A stretch of DNA of 64,000 bases from Eledone cirrhosa (GCA_964016885.1 OZ024741.1:273792001-273856000), one strand, 5' to 3'; counted from the first letter of the stretch, positions 1 to 12,159 are shown. Notes: generated by a model from the letters alone, not told the origin. Numbers and translations are program-made.

Positions 1-27
1 AGTATAAAACTAACCCTTAAGGAACAT

Positions 28-1320
28 ATGTTCAAATTTAATGGAAAAACATATGCCCAAGAGGAGGGAGCAGCCATTGGTGTTAGCATTGCAGGTGACA
101 TAACTAACCTATTCATGGTATGGTGGGACAATAAACTTAAAGAACAATTAGAAGACAGCAACCACTTAACCCTGATAATGTTCTCTCGCTATGTTGATGA
201 TATAAACATCGTAGTTAAAACACCTCCACTAGAGAACAGTCATGAATTAGAGAAAAACACCATGGGAAGCATCCAGCAAATAGCTAACGCCATCAACCAG
301 AGTTTTAGAGTTACTATAGACTACCCAAGCAAACACCCCAACCATCGATTACCTGTACTAGACACAAAACTCTGGTTAGAAACCATTAATAACAAAAAAC
401 AAATCCTCCATTCCCATTATGCCAAACCCATGACTTCCAAATATCTGATCCACCGAAACTCAGATGTTTCGGATCACACCAAAATCAACATACTGATTGC
501 GGATTTAGTACGGGTGATGAGAAACGTGTCCCGCATGTGCAACCCCAAAGAACTAGAGAGACACATACAACACTTCATCCACCGTATGCAGTTCTCTGGT
601 TACAATCAGAGAGATAAAATCAGAGTATATAGAGGAGCCAGAACCAAATGGGAAAAAATGGTAAATAATGATACAAATGGGACCGGCCCCTTGTATAGGA
701 GCACATTTTGGAATAGAATAGAAAGAACTAGGAATAAGGTTAATAGAATACACTCATGGTATGATAGCAATAAATACCAGAGTGTAATGTTCATCAATAT
801 AACCCCTAGAGGTGAATTAGCTTACAAATTTAGAAGGGCCCTAGATAAACTTAAACTTAATATTAAGATAGTAGAAAGACCAAGTACCTCCATAAAAACA
901 CTTATTAGTAATACATACCCTTTTCAAAGACCTCCCTGTATAGATAAGAAATGCATAATCTGTAAACTAAGCCCCCATATTAACTGTAAAACTAGAAACA
1001 TAGTATATAGCATAAAATGTACTGAAGGACAATGTAAAGATAAGAATATAGTGTACATAGGTGAGACAGCTCGTAGTATAGGAGAACGGTTAAATGAACA
1101 CTGGCGAGAGCTTCAAGTTAGAAAAGAATAATCAATACTCCACCAACATGCTAAAATAGAACATAAGGGCAAATTAGAGAATATAGAAATAAAAATAAAA
1201 TCTACACACAGAAAAGACGCAATATTTAGACAAATCACAGAGGCATTAAACATAAATGAACTCCAACCAAAATTAAATAGAAAACTTGAATGGAATAGCA
1301 ACATCACAACTTACAATTAA
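28..1320 (+). pseudogene. PLE reverse transcriptase/GIY-YIG endonuclease ORF with a premature stop
   Basis: After TAA at 1129-1131 the same frame continues SILHQHAKIEH...RQITEALNINELQPKLNRKLEW to TAA at 1318-1320, completing the GIY-YIG domain. Confidence 0.88.
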
Positions 1321-1512
1321 GGACAAAATGAAAACACACATAGAACAAACAACCAACCAGTAACATGTAAATAAACAAATAAATAAACAAATAAAAACAC
1401 ACACAGACACCCGGATGTAACACATGCGCAAACTAAGCACACAACACACACAAAAACAAGATGGCGTAGCACAGAACAAAGGAGAGGCACAAAACAAAGA
1501 AAAGAATCCCCA

Positions 1513-1555
1513 GTCACTGAAGAGGCCACAGAATGTGTGACGAAAGAACTTTGAC
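1513..1555 (+). ncRNA. Minimal type I hammerhead ribozyme motif
   Basis: GTCA-CTGAAGA-G(GCCACA gaatg TGTGAC)-GAAA-GAAC-TT-TGAC; stem I is GTCA/TGAC. Confidence 0.75.
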
Positions 1556-1720
1556 AATATATGAACAACCGTTCGGTTGTGGAACCAACCAGCCGATAAA
1601 TTTATAAATTTTTTGAAAAAATAAAAAATAAAATTTTTTCTAAAAATTTATAATAAATTTGATTGAAAGCTACTGGTGCGTGTGTTTCTTATTGGCAACA
1701 CGACCCTCCCAAAGTATAAT

Positions 1721-1755
<35 letters not shown>

Positions 1756-1834
1756 AAAATTGAACGGGAACAAAACAGAGAGGCAGTACGAACAAAGGTT
1801 TATTAGTTTCACGCTCTTAAGAGGGGGGAGGGGG

Positions 1835-1870
1835 TGCGACGTTTCGGGCATAAGCCCTTCTTCGGGCGAA
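1835..1870 (-). ncRNA. Degenerate minimal hammerhead motif of the PLE pseudo-LTR
   Basis: CCGAAGA-A-GGGC ttat GCCC-GAAA-CG-TC; U4C variant with a weak stem I. Confidence 0.55.
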
Positions 1871-3084
1871 AAGTGGGTGGGAAGAGAGTTCCGAGGGTGT
1901 GTAGGGGAGTGGAGGAGAGACATTTAGAAAAAAGGTGGGTCAGGAAAGGGAGGAAAAACGGTGGAAGAGGCACAAATAAAAATAAAAAAATATAAAAATA
2001 AAAATAAACATGAAGATAAACAAGTGGTGGAAGGGTATGGGGCGTGTAGGGGTGGTGCCGGATGGAGTGGGGAGAGGGAGGCGGGTTGTCCGAGCGGGGA
2101 GGGCTGAAGGTGGTGTATGTGTGTAAGTGTATGTGTGTGTGTGTGTGTGTGTGTGAATGTGAGAGTTGGGAGAAGAACGAGGTTCCATGTTCAGGAAAAG
2201 GTGCGTGGGTGTGGGGTGGGGTGTAGGTCGGAGGCTGATTCTGCATATATGTGGGGGTAAGCACGTGTGTGTGGTGTTTATACGTTTTGTGGATGTAGGT
2301 GGCGTGGTTCGAAAAAAAATGTTTTGAGTGTATGTCCGTGGGTAAGTTCCTAAGGTAGTTCCGTAGAGGGTAGGGCGGGGTGCCGGATATTTTCCATGTG
2401 ATGGAGTAGATAGTGGGAATGATGGCCAATGGTGTGTAATCCGTGGTTGTGTTGGTCAGAAGAGGGGAGATGTGGGGTGCGCGCGCAACAGGAAGTGGTC
2501 AGAAGGTCAAGGCAGGATGAGGGTAGAGGAGAATGATAGGTGGAGAGGGCTGTGTGTCTGTGTGTGCGGAGAAGTGGTCAGAGGGTCAAGGCATAGCAGC
2601 AGTAGAGGAGAATGGCAGGTGGAGAAAGTCAGTGTGTCAGTGTGTGCGGAGGTGCGGTGGACAGGGGAGAGGATGGGTAGGTGTGAAAGGTGGAGTGGAG
2701 AGGGGGTCGGGGGGATGGGGTCTTTATTAGTAGAGGTGTTAGTGGGATGTGTGTGTGTGAAGGTGTGTGGGTGGAGCGGGGAGAGGGAGAGAAAAGGTGT
2801 GGGGGACGGTGGAGGGAGTGTAATGTGTACTGGTGTGTGAGTGCGTTTGGATGAGTGTGTGTGTGATGAAGGGGGTGTGGGTGGGTGTGTGCGTGAAAAA
2901 GGGAGGGCTGGGGATGTTAGTATTGTTAGTTGGGGGAGGGTGGTCGGAGGTGGGGTGTTAGTATTGTTAGTTGTGGGGTGGGCCAAGGCGGTGGGCGGTG
3001 AAAAGGAGGAGTGTGTTAGTGGTGTTAGTGGGGGATATATGTGTGTGTGTGGAGGGGGGGGGGGGGGGTCGAAGGCTAAAGGAA

Positions 3085-3923
3085 TAGAGGTGGGGAGTTC
3101 AGGCCGGGGGAGTGTGGGTCTCTATGGTGAAGATAGTGCGTTGTTCGACCCTGAGGCGGGTGGCGGTTGTTCCGTAGCATTGGAGTAGGCCACAGACTGT
3201 GAGGAATGTCCAGTGGAGCCAAAGTGGTGGGCGATGGGGGAACTCCCGCCGACACGAATATCCTGGAGGTGTTCGGTTAAACGGTCTGCCAGGCGACGTC
3301 CAGTCTGTCCGACGTAGGTTGCACTGCACTCCGTGCAGCGAAGTCCATAGACTAGATTTGAGGAGGTGCAGCGGAAGGTGTGCCGGACAGAGAGGGAGTG
3401 GCCGTTGGGACACTGGAAGGTGGTAGTGTTGGTGATGTGGGGGCAGGTGTTGCAACGAGGTCTGGAACAGGGAAGGGAATCGGGGGGGGGAGAAGAACGT
3501 GGGTTGGGGGGTATGGAGCTGTGGACGAGGAGGGTGCGGAGATTGCGTGCGCGTTTGAAGGAGGGGAGTGGTGGGGATGGGAAGATGTGGGAGGTGGAGG
3601 GTTCGGACTGGAGGCGTCGGAAGAGGCGGAGGATGGTGCGGTGGAGGTGTAGGGAGGAGGGGTGGTAGGTGATGGGGAAGGGGGGATTGTGGGTGGGTGT
3701 GCGATGGCGAGGGGTAGGGTGCTGGAGTGGTGGACAGCACGGGCGCGAGTGAGGGCGGTCTGGACGAGAGGAAGGAACCTCTGCGGATGAAATGGCTGAC
3801 TAGGGAAAGGGCCTGGGACTCAAAGTCAGCATCTCGGCTGCAGAGACGGCGGATCGTGAGGAGTTGGGAGTAGGGAATAGAGTGTTTAGAGTGTGTGGGG
3901 TGGGAGGAGGTGAAGTCGAGGTA
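3085..3923 (-). pseudogene. PLE RT thumb + Zn linker + GIY-YIG, frameshifted
   Basis: Manual translation: YLDFTSSHPTHSKHSIPYSQLLTIRRLCS...PCSRPRCNTC...CTSSNLVYGLRCTECSATYVGQTGRRLADRLTEH...PIAHHF...EQRTIFTIETHTP/PGLN. Confidence 0.88.
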
Positions 3924-3934
3924 GGATATATATA

Positions 3935-4165
3935 TGTTAGGTAATTCCGAAGAAAAGGCAAAGGAAAAAGAGTGCTCTATGTATAGAACAGAGCTATTTA
4001 ATTAGAAAGTGAACACAAAATATAACTACTCGTTCATCAGACAGAGATGTTAACATCTCTGTCTGATGAATGATCCAAACGTATATTTATATTGTCTAGG
4101 ATCGAGAAACCTTTGGTAATGGAGTAGTTATATTTTGTGTTGTTCACTTTCTAATTAAATATATA
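3935..4165. mobile_element. Foldback pseudo-LTR-like element
   Basis: Inverted arms at about 3996-4031 and 4122-4160; perfect 38-bp palindrome at 4033-4070. Confidence 0.7.
4057..4124 (+). ncRNA. Type I hammerhead motif
   Basis: CTCTGT-CTGATGA-a-TGATCC...GGATCG-a-GAAA-CC ttt GG-TA-ATGGAG; stems I, II and III all pair. Confidence 0.7.
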
Positions 4166-4263
4166 TATAAGGTAAAATACCTTATTGAGTGTTTATCTGC
4201 ACATTCCGATTGCATTCGTTAGCTTGGCTGCAGCCAGAGCTTATATTATGCCGTACTTCCATT

Positions 4264-4351
<88 letters not shown>

Positions 4352-4365
4352 GAGAGATGGAGGGA

Positions 4366-5335
4366 TAGATAGATAGATATATTTCTTTATTCGCCACAAG
4401 GGCGCACAAGAAAAGGGGACAATACAAAGACATGCCGGGGATTTTACATACAGTCGTGTAAAAAATATAAAACAAACAATTACAACAATCGAAATCCACA
4501 ATAAGGGGGAAGTGCCACAAATGGGTTGTTTAATACCCCGTCGATAGAACAACCCTCAACCTCTGGAGCATGTTGTGCAAGTGCTCCTTTCTTCCTTTTG
4601 CTCTCTTCTTTAACCTACAGGCTTATAAACAGAGAGGGCCCAATCACTCGGGCCATTTTCGCTTCATTCACCCACCTTTCAGTAAATTTACTGGGGTGCA
4701 GTGCCTCTCTCTCCACTCTGATTCTCCTTCTAAAGTGATACTTAAAGAAGGGAATCAATTGTTGCCCGGAGAGAAAGGCATCTGTTCTCCGTCCTCTCAA
4801 TCGCGTCCACCATATAACTTCTTTCACCATAGTCACTGAACAGAGGAAAACCGCCTCTCTTTCGTTATTGAAAGAGGCTGGCGGTTTGATCCTTACTATG
4901 GACTCGGCAGTCAACTGGATTTGTCCTATACGCGACAGCAGTTGTTCTGCATAGTTCCACAGGTCGGTTACGCCCTGGCAGTGTACAATTGCGTGCAGGG
5001 CGGTTTCAATGTCCTGCGCGCATCTTGGAAGGATCCCTGCCGGGGCGTCCGTGCCTGTAGATCTTGTCACGAACCGGTAGAGCTCCTCAGTAGCACTGCC
5101 AGGTCAGGGACCTCTGGAAGATGTCCATAGGTCCCGGGCGGAAAGTCCTACCAAACAGACTGGTGAGCTCATCGTCTTCGAGCACGTCGTCGCCCTTGTA
5201 ACTTACAATCCCTCTATAGAATGTTAAAGTGGAGTCTCCACTGATTGCTGTGCCCGCTTGCCAGTGGACTGTGAGCGCCTGGGCGCATTCAATGTGCCAG
5301 GCGCCCATCGTTTTCGGGATAGATAGATAGATAAA
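4366..5335 (-). mobile_element. 3' fragment of an L1/Tx1-clade LINE inserted in (GATA)n
   Basis: PRCAQDIETALHAIVHC...LW zinc knuckle (ORF 4615-5070); 3' UTR ending TTGTGGCGAATAAAGAAAT; (GATA)n on both sides. Confidence 0.8.
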
Positions 5336-5371
5336 ATAAGAAAATGCGAAGTAGTTTCAGACGTTAAAGTC

Positions 5372-5444
5372 CTTTATACATATTTCAATGACGACAGTGG
5401 CCACGTGATTCCGGCTGACCACTGCCATGATCTCATCAGTCAGC
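5372..5444 (-). ncRNA. Hammerhead-like motif with a long stem II
   Basis: CTGATGA-GATc-ATGGCAGTGGTCA...TGGCCACTGTCGT-cATT-GAAA-TATG-TA; stem I is decayed. Confidence 0.55.
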
Positions 5445-5866
5445 TTCTTACATAAACAGGTTACGTTCTCGAGGCAATCCAAATTAAAACGACAAGGGAA
5501 CGGACAAAGATGATATTCTTGAAGCCTTCTCTCGTATATATAGAGAGAGGTTCCCAAGCAGCGACACCAATTGGAATAACTATCTCCCTAAGAACTGCTA
5601 CTTGAGGAATTCTGACATATGCTTACTGGTTGGTGAATTGAATAACATGCATGACCAGTAATATATCAATGGAACTTTACATCTCGTTTGGATTTTTGTC
5701 TGAAGAGAACACATAGGGCAGTTGTTATACAATTGCCTTACGTCTTTGAAATACGTATAACAAAATAAATAGGGATGTACGAATAAAACCGTCTTTCTTG
5801 TTTATTATTATACACACGCGCGCGCGCGCGCACACACACACGCACACATACGCACATATATATATA

Positions 5867-6883
5867 TCTATATATATAAAGTTGTAGTTTCTGTCTCTTT
5901 GTTTGTTCACGAACTCCTCCTATGGTTTTGGAGATAGACCCCCATAACCATATATATTCTGAAATACATTGCCCAGGGTACTTGGATAAGTATATTTCAT
6001 TTTAATCAAAGGGTCCCCACTGAAAAGCCCCGCTGAAAATTTTTCCCTTCGATTTATAAACCATAGGTAAATGACAAGATATGATGCCTATTCACAAAAT
6101 TTCAGCAAATTTCAATAATATTAAGACACCCTAATGGAGGTTAAACCCCCTAGTGAAAATCTTGGCCAATAAATGGAACAAGATGTGTTGTAACAAGATT
6201 GCATGAGAACTTGATTGAAGCAGCCATTATATTCGGGGCTTACAAAGGTCAAGCTCTTCTCATTCCGAGGATTCCACTTATACCAAGTGATAATGAGTTG
6301 CCTTTTACATTTAAGAGGCAGCAGTTCCCAGTGAGGCCATGTTTTGCCATGAACATCAATAAGAGTCAAGTTCAAACTTTCAAAACTATGTGTATAGATC
6401 TGACAAACCCATGTTTCAGTCATGACATGTTTTATGTGGCTGTTCCAAGGACTGGAACTTCAAAAAAAATCTCTACATTTTAGCCAATCAAAGAAAGAGA
6501 AGAAATGTTGTTTACCCTGAAGTTCTTCATTAGGACAAAGTATGAAATATATTTTCATGTATTTATTATGTTAAAAAATAATTAATAAACTTTGAATTTC
6601 TAATTTGAAAATAATTCTTTACACAAAAATGAAGTGATCAAGTTTTGAATTGATATTTTGAAAAAGATTATTTCCAAGAAACAAAATAAGAATAAGATTT
6701 AATAATGTAATTTTGATTTGATATATTACAAAAAATAATGTTTTCCAATTTTTCATGCATTACATTTTACATTGAGTAATATAGAAATGCAGAGTTTTTC
6801 TCCATAAATTATATCACTGATTTAAAATCAATCATCAAAACAAAAATGTGTGAAACGCAGCAAGGCGCGGGTAATTCGGCTAG
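5867..6883 (+). mobile_element. Non-autonomous Helitron
   Basis: A|TCTATATATATAAA 5' end; subterminal CGCAGCAAGGCGCGGG then CTAG|T 3' end; internal helicase remnant. Confidence 0.85.
6199..6483 (+). pseudogene. Helitron PIF1-like helicase C-terminal fragment
   Basis: LIPRIPLIPSD..PFTFKRQQFPVRPCFAMNINKSQVQT...PCFSHDMFYVAVPR corresponds to degenerate PIF1 motifs V and VI. Confidence 0.9.
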
Positions 6884-7258
6884 TATATATATAGTTATTT
6901 ATATTTTGTATATATATATATAAACTATAATTGTCAGAAGAATTAATATAATGCTGTCTATGATATTTAGGTTAAAAAACTATCACAATGAAACGTCGTT
7001 TATAATTTGAATCAAACACTTTTGTAATTCCCCACAAGTATTGCAATATAAATTTAGTTGTTAATAAAAAGATAATCAAACTGGAAATCCCATATGTGAG
7101 AAACTTCCGGTCTGACTATATATATTTAATAACGACTAAATATGTATCTTTATATGTCTCATGAATAACAAAGCGTTAGATTGGAATTATGCACACCGTT
7201 TTATTATATATTTTCCTCAGTTGATAAACACTGGCGTATTTCTTCGTTTGACAATTAT

Positions 7259-7447
7259 GGGGGATTGGCAGTATCGGTAGAGGGTCGGACGCCATGCTTT
7301 GACGTATAGAGTTACGGCCCTTGCCATTCTGAGTTCAAATCCCGCCGAGGTTAACTATGCCTTTCATCCTTACAGGGTCGATAAAATAAAGTACCAGTAA
7401 TGCACTGTGTAATTGCTGGCCTTGTGCCAAAAGTAGAAACAATTATT
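7259..7447 (+). mobile_element. tRNA-derived Nin-domain SINE, full length
   Basis: A box TGGCAGTATCGG, B box GAGTTCAAATCC, core GCCTTTCATCCTTACAGGGTCGATAAAATAAAGTACCAG, tail GGCCTTGTGCCAAAAGTAGAAACAATTATT. Confidence 0.88.
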
Positions 7448-7593
7448 TATTTATATATTAGTCTGTACATTACCAAAGATAATTATATATATATATATAT
7501 ATATATATGGGAATGTATCTTACATTGCCTATTGAGTACGCTGAGATACAACCGGTCCTGGCATTGATAAATATGCTGGGTCCGTCAACTCCT

Positions 7594-7658
<65 letters not shown>

Positions 7659-7689
7659 CATACATACAATAATCACTTTAAATATGTCT

Positions 7690-8830
7690 GAAAACAGCCG
7701 ATTTCTTACAGAGAAGAAGAAGAAGAAAAAGAAAAAGAAGAAGAAGAAGAAGAAGGCGATGACGACGACGACGAGGGAAGTGAGAAAGATATATAGAGGA
7801 ATACTCGACCTCAGTATTGAACTGGTACACTTTTATTTATCGATTTTGAAAGAAGAAATGGGGAAGTGAGAAAGAGATATAGAGGAACAATCGACCCAAG
7901 TACTGCACCGGTGTTTTTTTTTATCGATCTTTATGAAAGGAAAAGTTAACCACAGCAGGATTTGAACTCAGAGAGCAGAGAGCCGGAACAAATACCGTGT
8001 ATCATTCTATCAGATATTCTTCTGACGTCTCTGCTAGTTCACCGCCTGGCTGCAATATTGTATGTATGGTATGTATACCCGAGGAAGTCGTAGGTATGCC
8101 GCATTGACATACTTTGTATCTAGGATGTTTTTTAAAGCCTTAGCGGAGCCCATCTCCTCTCCAGTTCAGAATACAGCAGATTTCTTCCAGAGAAAGATAG
8201 AGAGTGAGAGAATGGAAGTGAGAAAGAGATATAGAGAAAGAATCGACCCCAGTACTAGACTGATACTTTTTTATCGACCTTAAATGGATGAAAAGTAAAG
8301 TTGACCTCGGCGGGATTTGAACTCAGGGAGCAGAGAACCGAAAAGAATACCGTTAAGCATTCTATCCGATATTCTAATGACTCTGCCAATTCAACGCCCG
8401 GTTGCAATTTTAACGTCTGCAAAATAGAATATTTGATAGTAGAAAAATACAAAAACAAACAAACAAACAAAAACATTCACACACAGAGGCATGGTATGAC
8501 CCCGTAAGTCCTGAGGGAGCCGTAGAGGCGCCGTATTGACACACGACGTTTCTTGGGCATTTTAAGCCAGGCGGAGCCCATCCCTCTCCAGGCCTGAGTA
8601 TAGCAGATTTCTTCCAGAGAAAGATAGAAAGTGAGAGAGAGGTAATGTGAAAGAGATATAGAGGAAGATTTGACCCCAGTACTAGACTGGTACTTATTTT
8701 ATCGGCCTCGAAAGGAGGAGAGGCAAATTTGACCTCGGCGGGATTTGAATTCAGAAAGCAAAGAGTTGGAACAAATACCATAAAGCATTCTATCCGACGT
8801 TCTAACGACTCTGCCAATTTGCCGCCTTCA
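7690..8830 (-). mobile_element. Three diverged head-to-tail Nin-SINE variant copies
   Basis: GATTTCTTCCAGAGAAAG...GTGAGAAAGAGATATAGAGG...TTTATCG...GGATTTGAACTCAG repeated at about 7700-8050, 8140-8400 and 8570-8830. Confidence 0.75.
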
Positions 8831-9249
8831 CACACAGAGACAGACGTATAAAAGCGCCATCCCACGGGGTGTATATTTTGATGTAAATTAGCTGAACTAT
8901 CGGAAGGTTTTAGGTTTGAGAATTTGCAGAGATAGATTCTTATGGGATATTCTACATCTTCTGTCTCGTAATAAGCAATTACCTAAAAGGTTAAGATCAA
9001 GGAAAACATTTCAAAAAACTAGAAACCAAAATTTAGTTTTCTTTGTTTTCTCACAATTCTTCTTTAAACTTTTCACTTGACTAATGAGAAAGATCACGAT
9101 CTTATATAGAGGTTAGCCACAATAATTCATGTTTTCTGGTCAATTTCATTCAAATTTCTTGTTGCTTCTAATACTGCAACCTGTCTTAGGAATTTCCCTC
9201 GGCCATTTTCTTATTGATATGTTTCCTCATGTGTTTCGAAATCGTTTTT

Positions 9250-10580
9250 TGTTATTGTTGCTGTTGCTGTTGCTGGGGTTGTTGAAGTTGTTGTCATTGT
9301 TGTTATCGTTGTTGTTTTTTCCAGTTGTTGCTGTTGCTGTTGTTACTAGTGCTATTCAAGTTGTTGTTGTTACTGTCGTCGTTGATGCTGTTGTTAGTGG
9401 TGGTTCTGAAATTGTCGTTGTTGTTATTGTTGCTGTTGTTGTAAATGGTTGTTGTTGTAAATGGCTGTTGCTGCTGCTGCTGTTGTTGTTGTTGTTGTTT
9501 TTAATGGAGGTGGTGGTGGTGGTGGTGATGTTTGTGGTGGTGGTGTTTGTGGTGGAGATTGTGGTGGTGGTGGTGGTGGTGGTGTTTGTGGTGGAGATTG
9601 TGGTGGTGGTGGTGGTGATGGGGGTGGTGGCGGTGGTGTTTGTGGTGGAGATTGTGGTGGTGGTGTTTGTGGTGGTGGTGGTGTTTGTGGTGGAGATTGT
9701 GGTGGTGGTGGTGGTGATGGGGGTGGTGGCGGTGGTGTTTGTGGTGGAGATTGTGGTGGTGGTGTTTGTGGTGGAGATTGTGGTGGTGGTGGTGGTGATG
9801 GGGGTGGTGGCGGAGATTGTGGTGGTGGTGGTGGTGGAGATTGTGGTGGTGGTGGTGGTGTTTGTGGTGGTGGTGGCGGTGTTTGTGGTGGAGATGGTGG
9901 TGGTGGTGGTGATGGTGGTGGTGGCGGTGGTGTTTGTGGTGGAGATTGTGGTGGTGATGATGATGGTGTTTGTGGTGGACATTTTGGTGGAGATTGTGGT
10001 GGTGGAGATTGGGGTGGTGGTGGTGTTTGTGGTGGTGGTGGTGGAGATTGTGGTGGTGGTGGTGGTGTTTGTGGTGGTGGTGGTGGTGTTTGTGGTGGAG
10101 ATGGTGGTGGTGGTGGTGGTGATGGTGGTGGTGGTGGTGGTGTTTGTGGTGGAGATTGTGGTGGTGATGATGATGGTGTTTGTGGTGGACATTTTGGTGG
10201 AGATTGTGGTGGTGGTGTTTATGGTGGAGATTGTGGTGGTGGTGGTGTTTGTGGTGGAGATTGTGGTGTTTATGGTGGAGATTGTGGTGGTGGTGGTGTT
10301 TGTGGTGGAGATTGTGGTGTTTATGGTGGAGATTGTGGTGGTGGTGGTGTTTGTGGTGGAGATTGTGGTGTTTATGGTGGAGATTATCGTGGAGGTGGTG
10401 GTGTTTGTGGTGGAGATTGTGGTGGTGGTGGTGGTGTTTATGGTGGAGATTATCGTGGTGGTGGTGCTGTTTGTGGTGGAGATTGTGATGGTGGTGGTGA
10501 TGGTGTTTGTGGTGCAGATGGTGGTGGTGGTGGTGTTTAGGCTGGAGATTATCGTGGTGGTGGTGGTGTTTTTGGTGGAA
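9250..10580. repeat. (GTT)n/(GTG)n composite with a GTGGTGGAGATT...GTGTTT higher-order unit
   Basis: Direct inspection; produces poly-V, poly-G and poly-T ORFs. Confidence 0.95.
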
Positions 10581-10804
10581 ATCTTTCTGCTTTCTATCAT
10601 CTTTCGATAATCTCCCCTCATTACTGTCAACGTGTAGACTGCAAGTCTTCCCAATTTGATTTACTCACTTCCATCAATGGAGGAAAAATTGCAGAGATTT
10701 TCTTGTCGCCTGCTTTCTTGCAATTGTCAAATAAATTACTGCAGTTAGGCAAGTTGCTTTTCTATATTAATATCATATCTTAATTCTTAGTTATATTTCT
10801 ACCA

Positions 10805-10951
10805 AGCAGTAGTAGTGGTGGTGGTAGTAGTAGAAGTAGTAGTAGTAGTAGTAGTGTAGGTGGTGGTTATAGTTGTAGCGGTGGTAGTAGTAGTAGTAAT
10901 AGTGGTGGTAATAATAGTAGTAGTATCAGTAGTAGTAGTAGTAGCAGTAGC

Positions 10952-11004
<53 letters not shown>

Positions 11005-11198
11005 CTTGGTGGTGGCGGTGGTGGTACTACTAGTAGTTGTAAAAGTAGTAGTTGTAATGGTAGTGGGGTGGGGGTTGTAATAGTAGTAGTGGCGGTGTGG
11101 TAGTAGTAGTGCTGGTGGTGGTAATAGTAGTAATGGCGGTGGTGGTAGTAGTAGTTGTAGTAGTGGTGGTGGTTGAAGCAGTAGTAATGGTGGTGGTG

Positions 11199-11263
<65 letters not shown>

Positions 11264-11267
11264 TGTT

Positions 11268-11310
<43 letters not shown>

Positions 11311-11326
11311 CAGAAGCAGCAGCAAC

Positions 11327-11402
<76 letters not shown>
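10805..11402. repeat. (TAG)n/(GTG)n microsatellite
   Basis: Direct inspection. Confidence 0.95.
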
Positions 11403-11800
11403 ATAAAGAGTGGGTCTTCCACTCATAGAACCTATCTTTTCAGTTACAATCCGTCTATCCACCATTACTCTACTAAAACCATCAACTGTTGCCACATTCT
11501 GTTGAACCAACTGTGAAAAAATATATTCATAGATCAATTTTAGATCTGAAATAGTTCTCTAACATTTTATATTATATATAAAGAGAGATAGAAAGATATA
11601 CATACACATGCGCACGCATGCACACAGACACACAAACACAGACACACACACGCACACGGACACACACACACATATATTTATGTGGGTAGGTGTGAGAATA
11701 AACAAGGTTAGAAGTGACATATCTATAGAAAAACGCAAACAATAATATATATATATTATAGATCACGAGGAATCAGTAATGCATTAAAACACTATTTATT

Positions 11801-11894
11801 AACATATTACATATGTTTCTCCGACGATCAGCTCAAGGCAGGATCTAATATAGATCGAACCTCACTCTGCATTCGCAAAGTCATCAGATATGTT
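11801..11894 (-). ncRNA. Hammerhead motif with a multi-hairpin stem II domain (left arm)
   Basis: AACATAT-CTGATGA-[about 61 nt]-GAAA-CATATG-TA-ATATGTT. Confidence 0.7.
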
Positions 11895-11944
11895 TATCGT
11901 TTTCAAGGCATTTTTCAAGTTGAAGAAATGCCTTGAAAACGATA

Positions 11945-12038
11945 AACATATCTGAGGACCTTGCGAGTGCAGAGTGAGGTTCGATCTATATTAGATCCTG
12001 CCTTGAGCTGATCGTCGGAGAAACATATGTAATATGTT
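11945..12038 (+). ncRNA. Hammerhead motif with a multi-hairpin stem II domain (right arm)
   Basis: AACATAT-CTGAGGA-[about 61 nt]-GAAA-CATATG-TA-ATATGTT; 7-bp stem I and palindromic stem III. Confidence 0.7.
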
Positions 12039-12159
12039 AATAAATTGTGATTTGATGCATCACTGATTCCTCGTTATCTATAATATATATACTCTGCTCC
12101 GCGTGAGCATCGAGTGCTCAAACGGCATACCACCTACGGACGCATTCATTGCAACCTTC

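Larger units (their letters stand above)
1..1720 (+). mobile_element. Penelope-like retroelement (PLE), RT + GIY-YIG with 3' pseudo-LTR; begins before the window; possibly Naiad-like
   Basis: RT motifs QEEGAAIG...FMVWWD and RYVDD, Cys-rich linker and VYSIKC...YIGETAR; hammerhead at 1513-1555; ends in (TA)n; 1516-1720 recurs at 30122-30315. Confidence 0.9.
1750..3925 (-). mobile_element. 5'-truncated Neptune-type Penelope-like element
   Basis: Coding remnant at 3085-3923, C/A-rich 3' region, hammerhead-like motif near 1835-1870, (TA)n at both ends. Confidence 0.85.

Noticed and set aside
1129-1131. Selenocysteine readthrough in the PLE ORF
   Set aside because: The stop is TAA and no convincing SECIS was seen downstream
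7265-7345. tRNA gene
   Set aside because: The A and B boxes belong to a SINE head; no cloverleaf
9129-10654. Thr-rich mucin-like ORF and a His-rich alternative frame (KHHHHHNLHH)
   Set aside because: Trinucleotide-repeat artefact; stops flank the repeat in all frames; does not resemble the Gly-His motifs of cephalopod beak proteins
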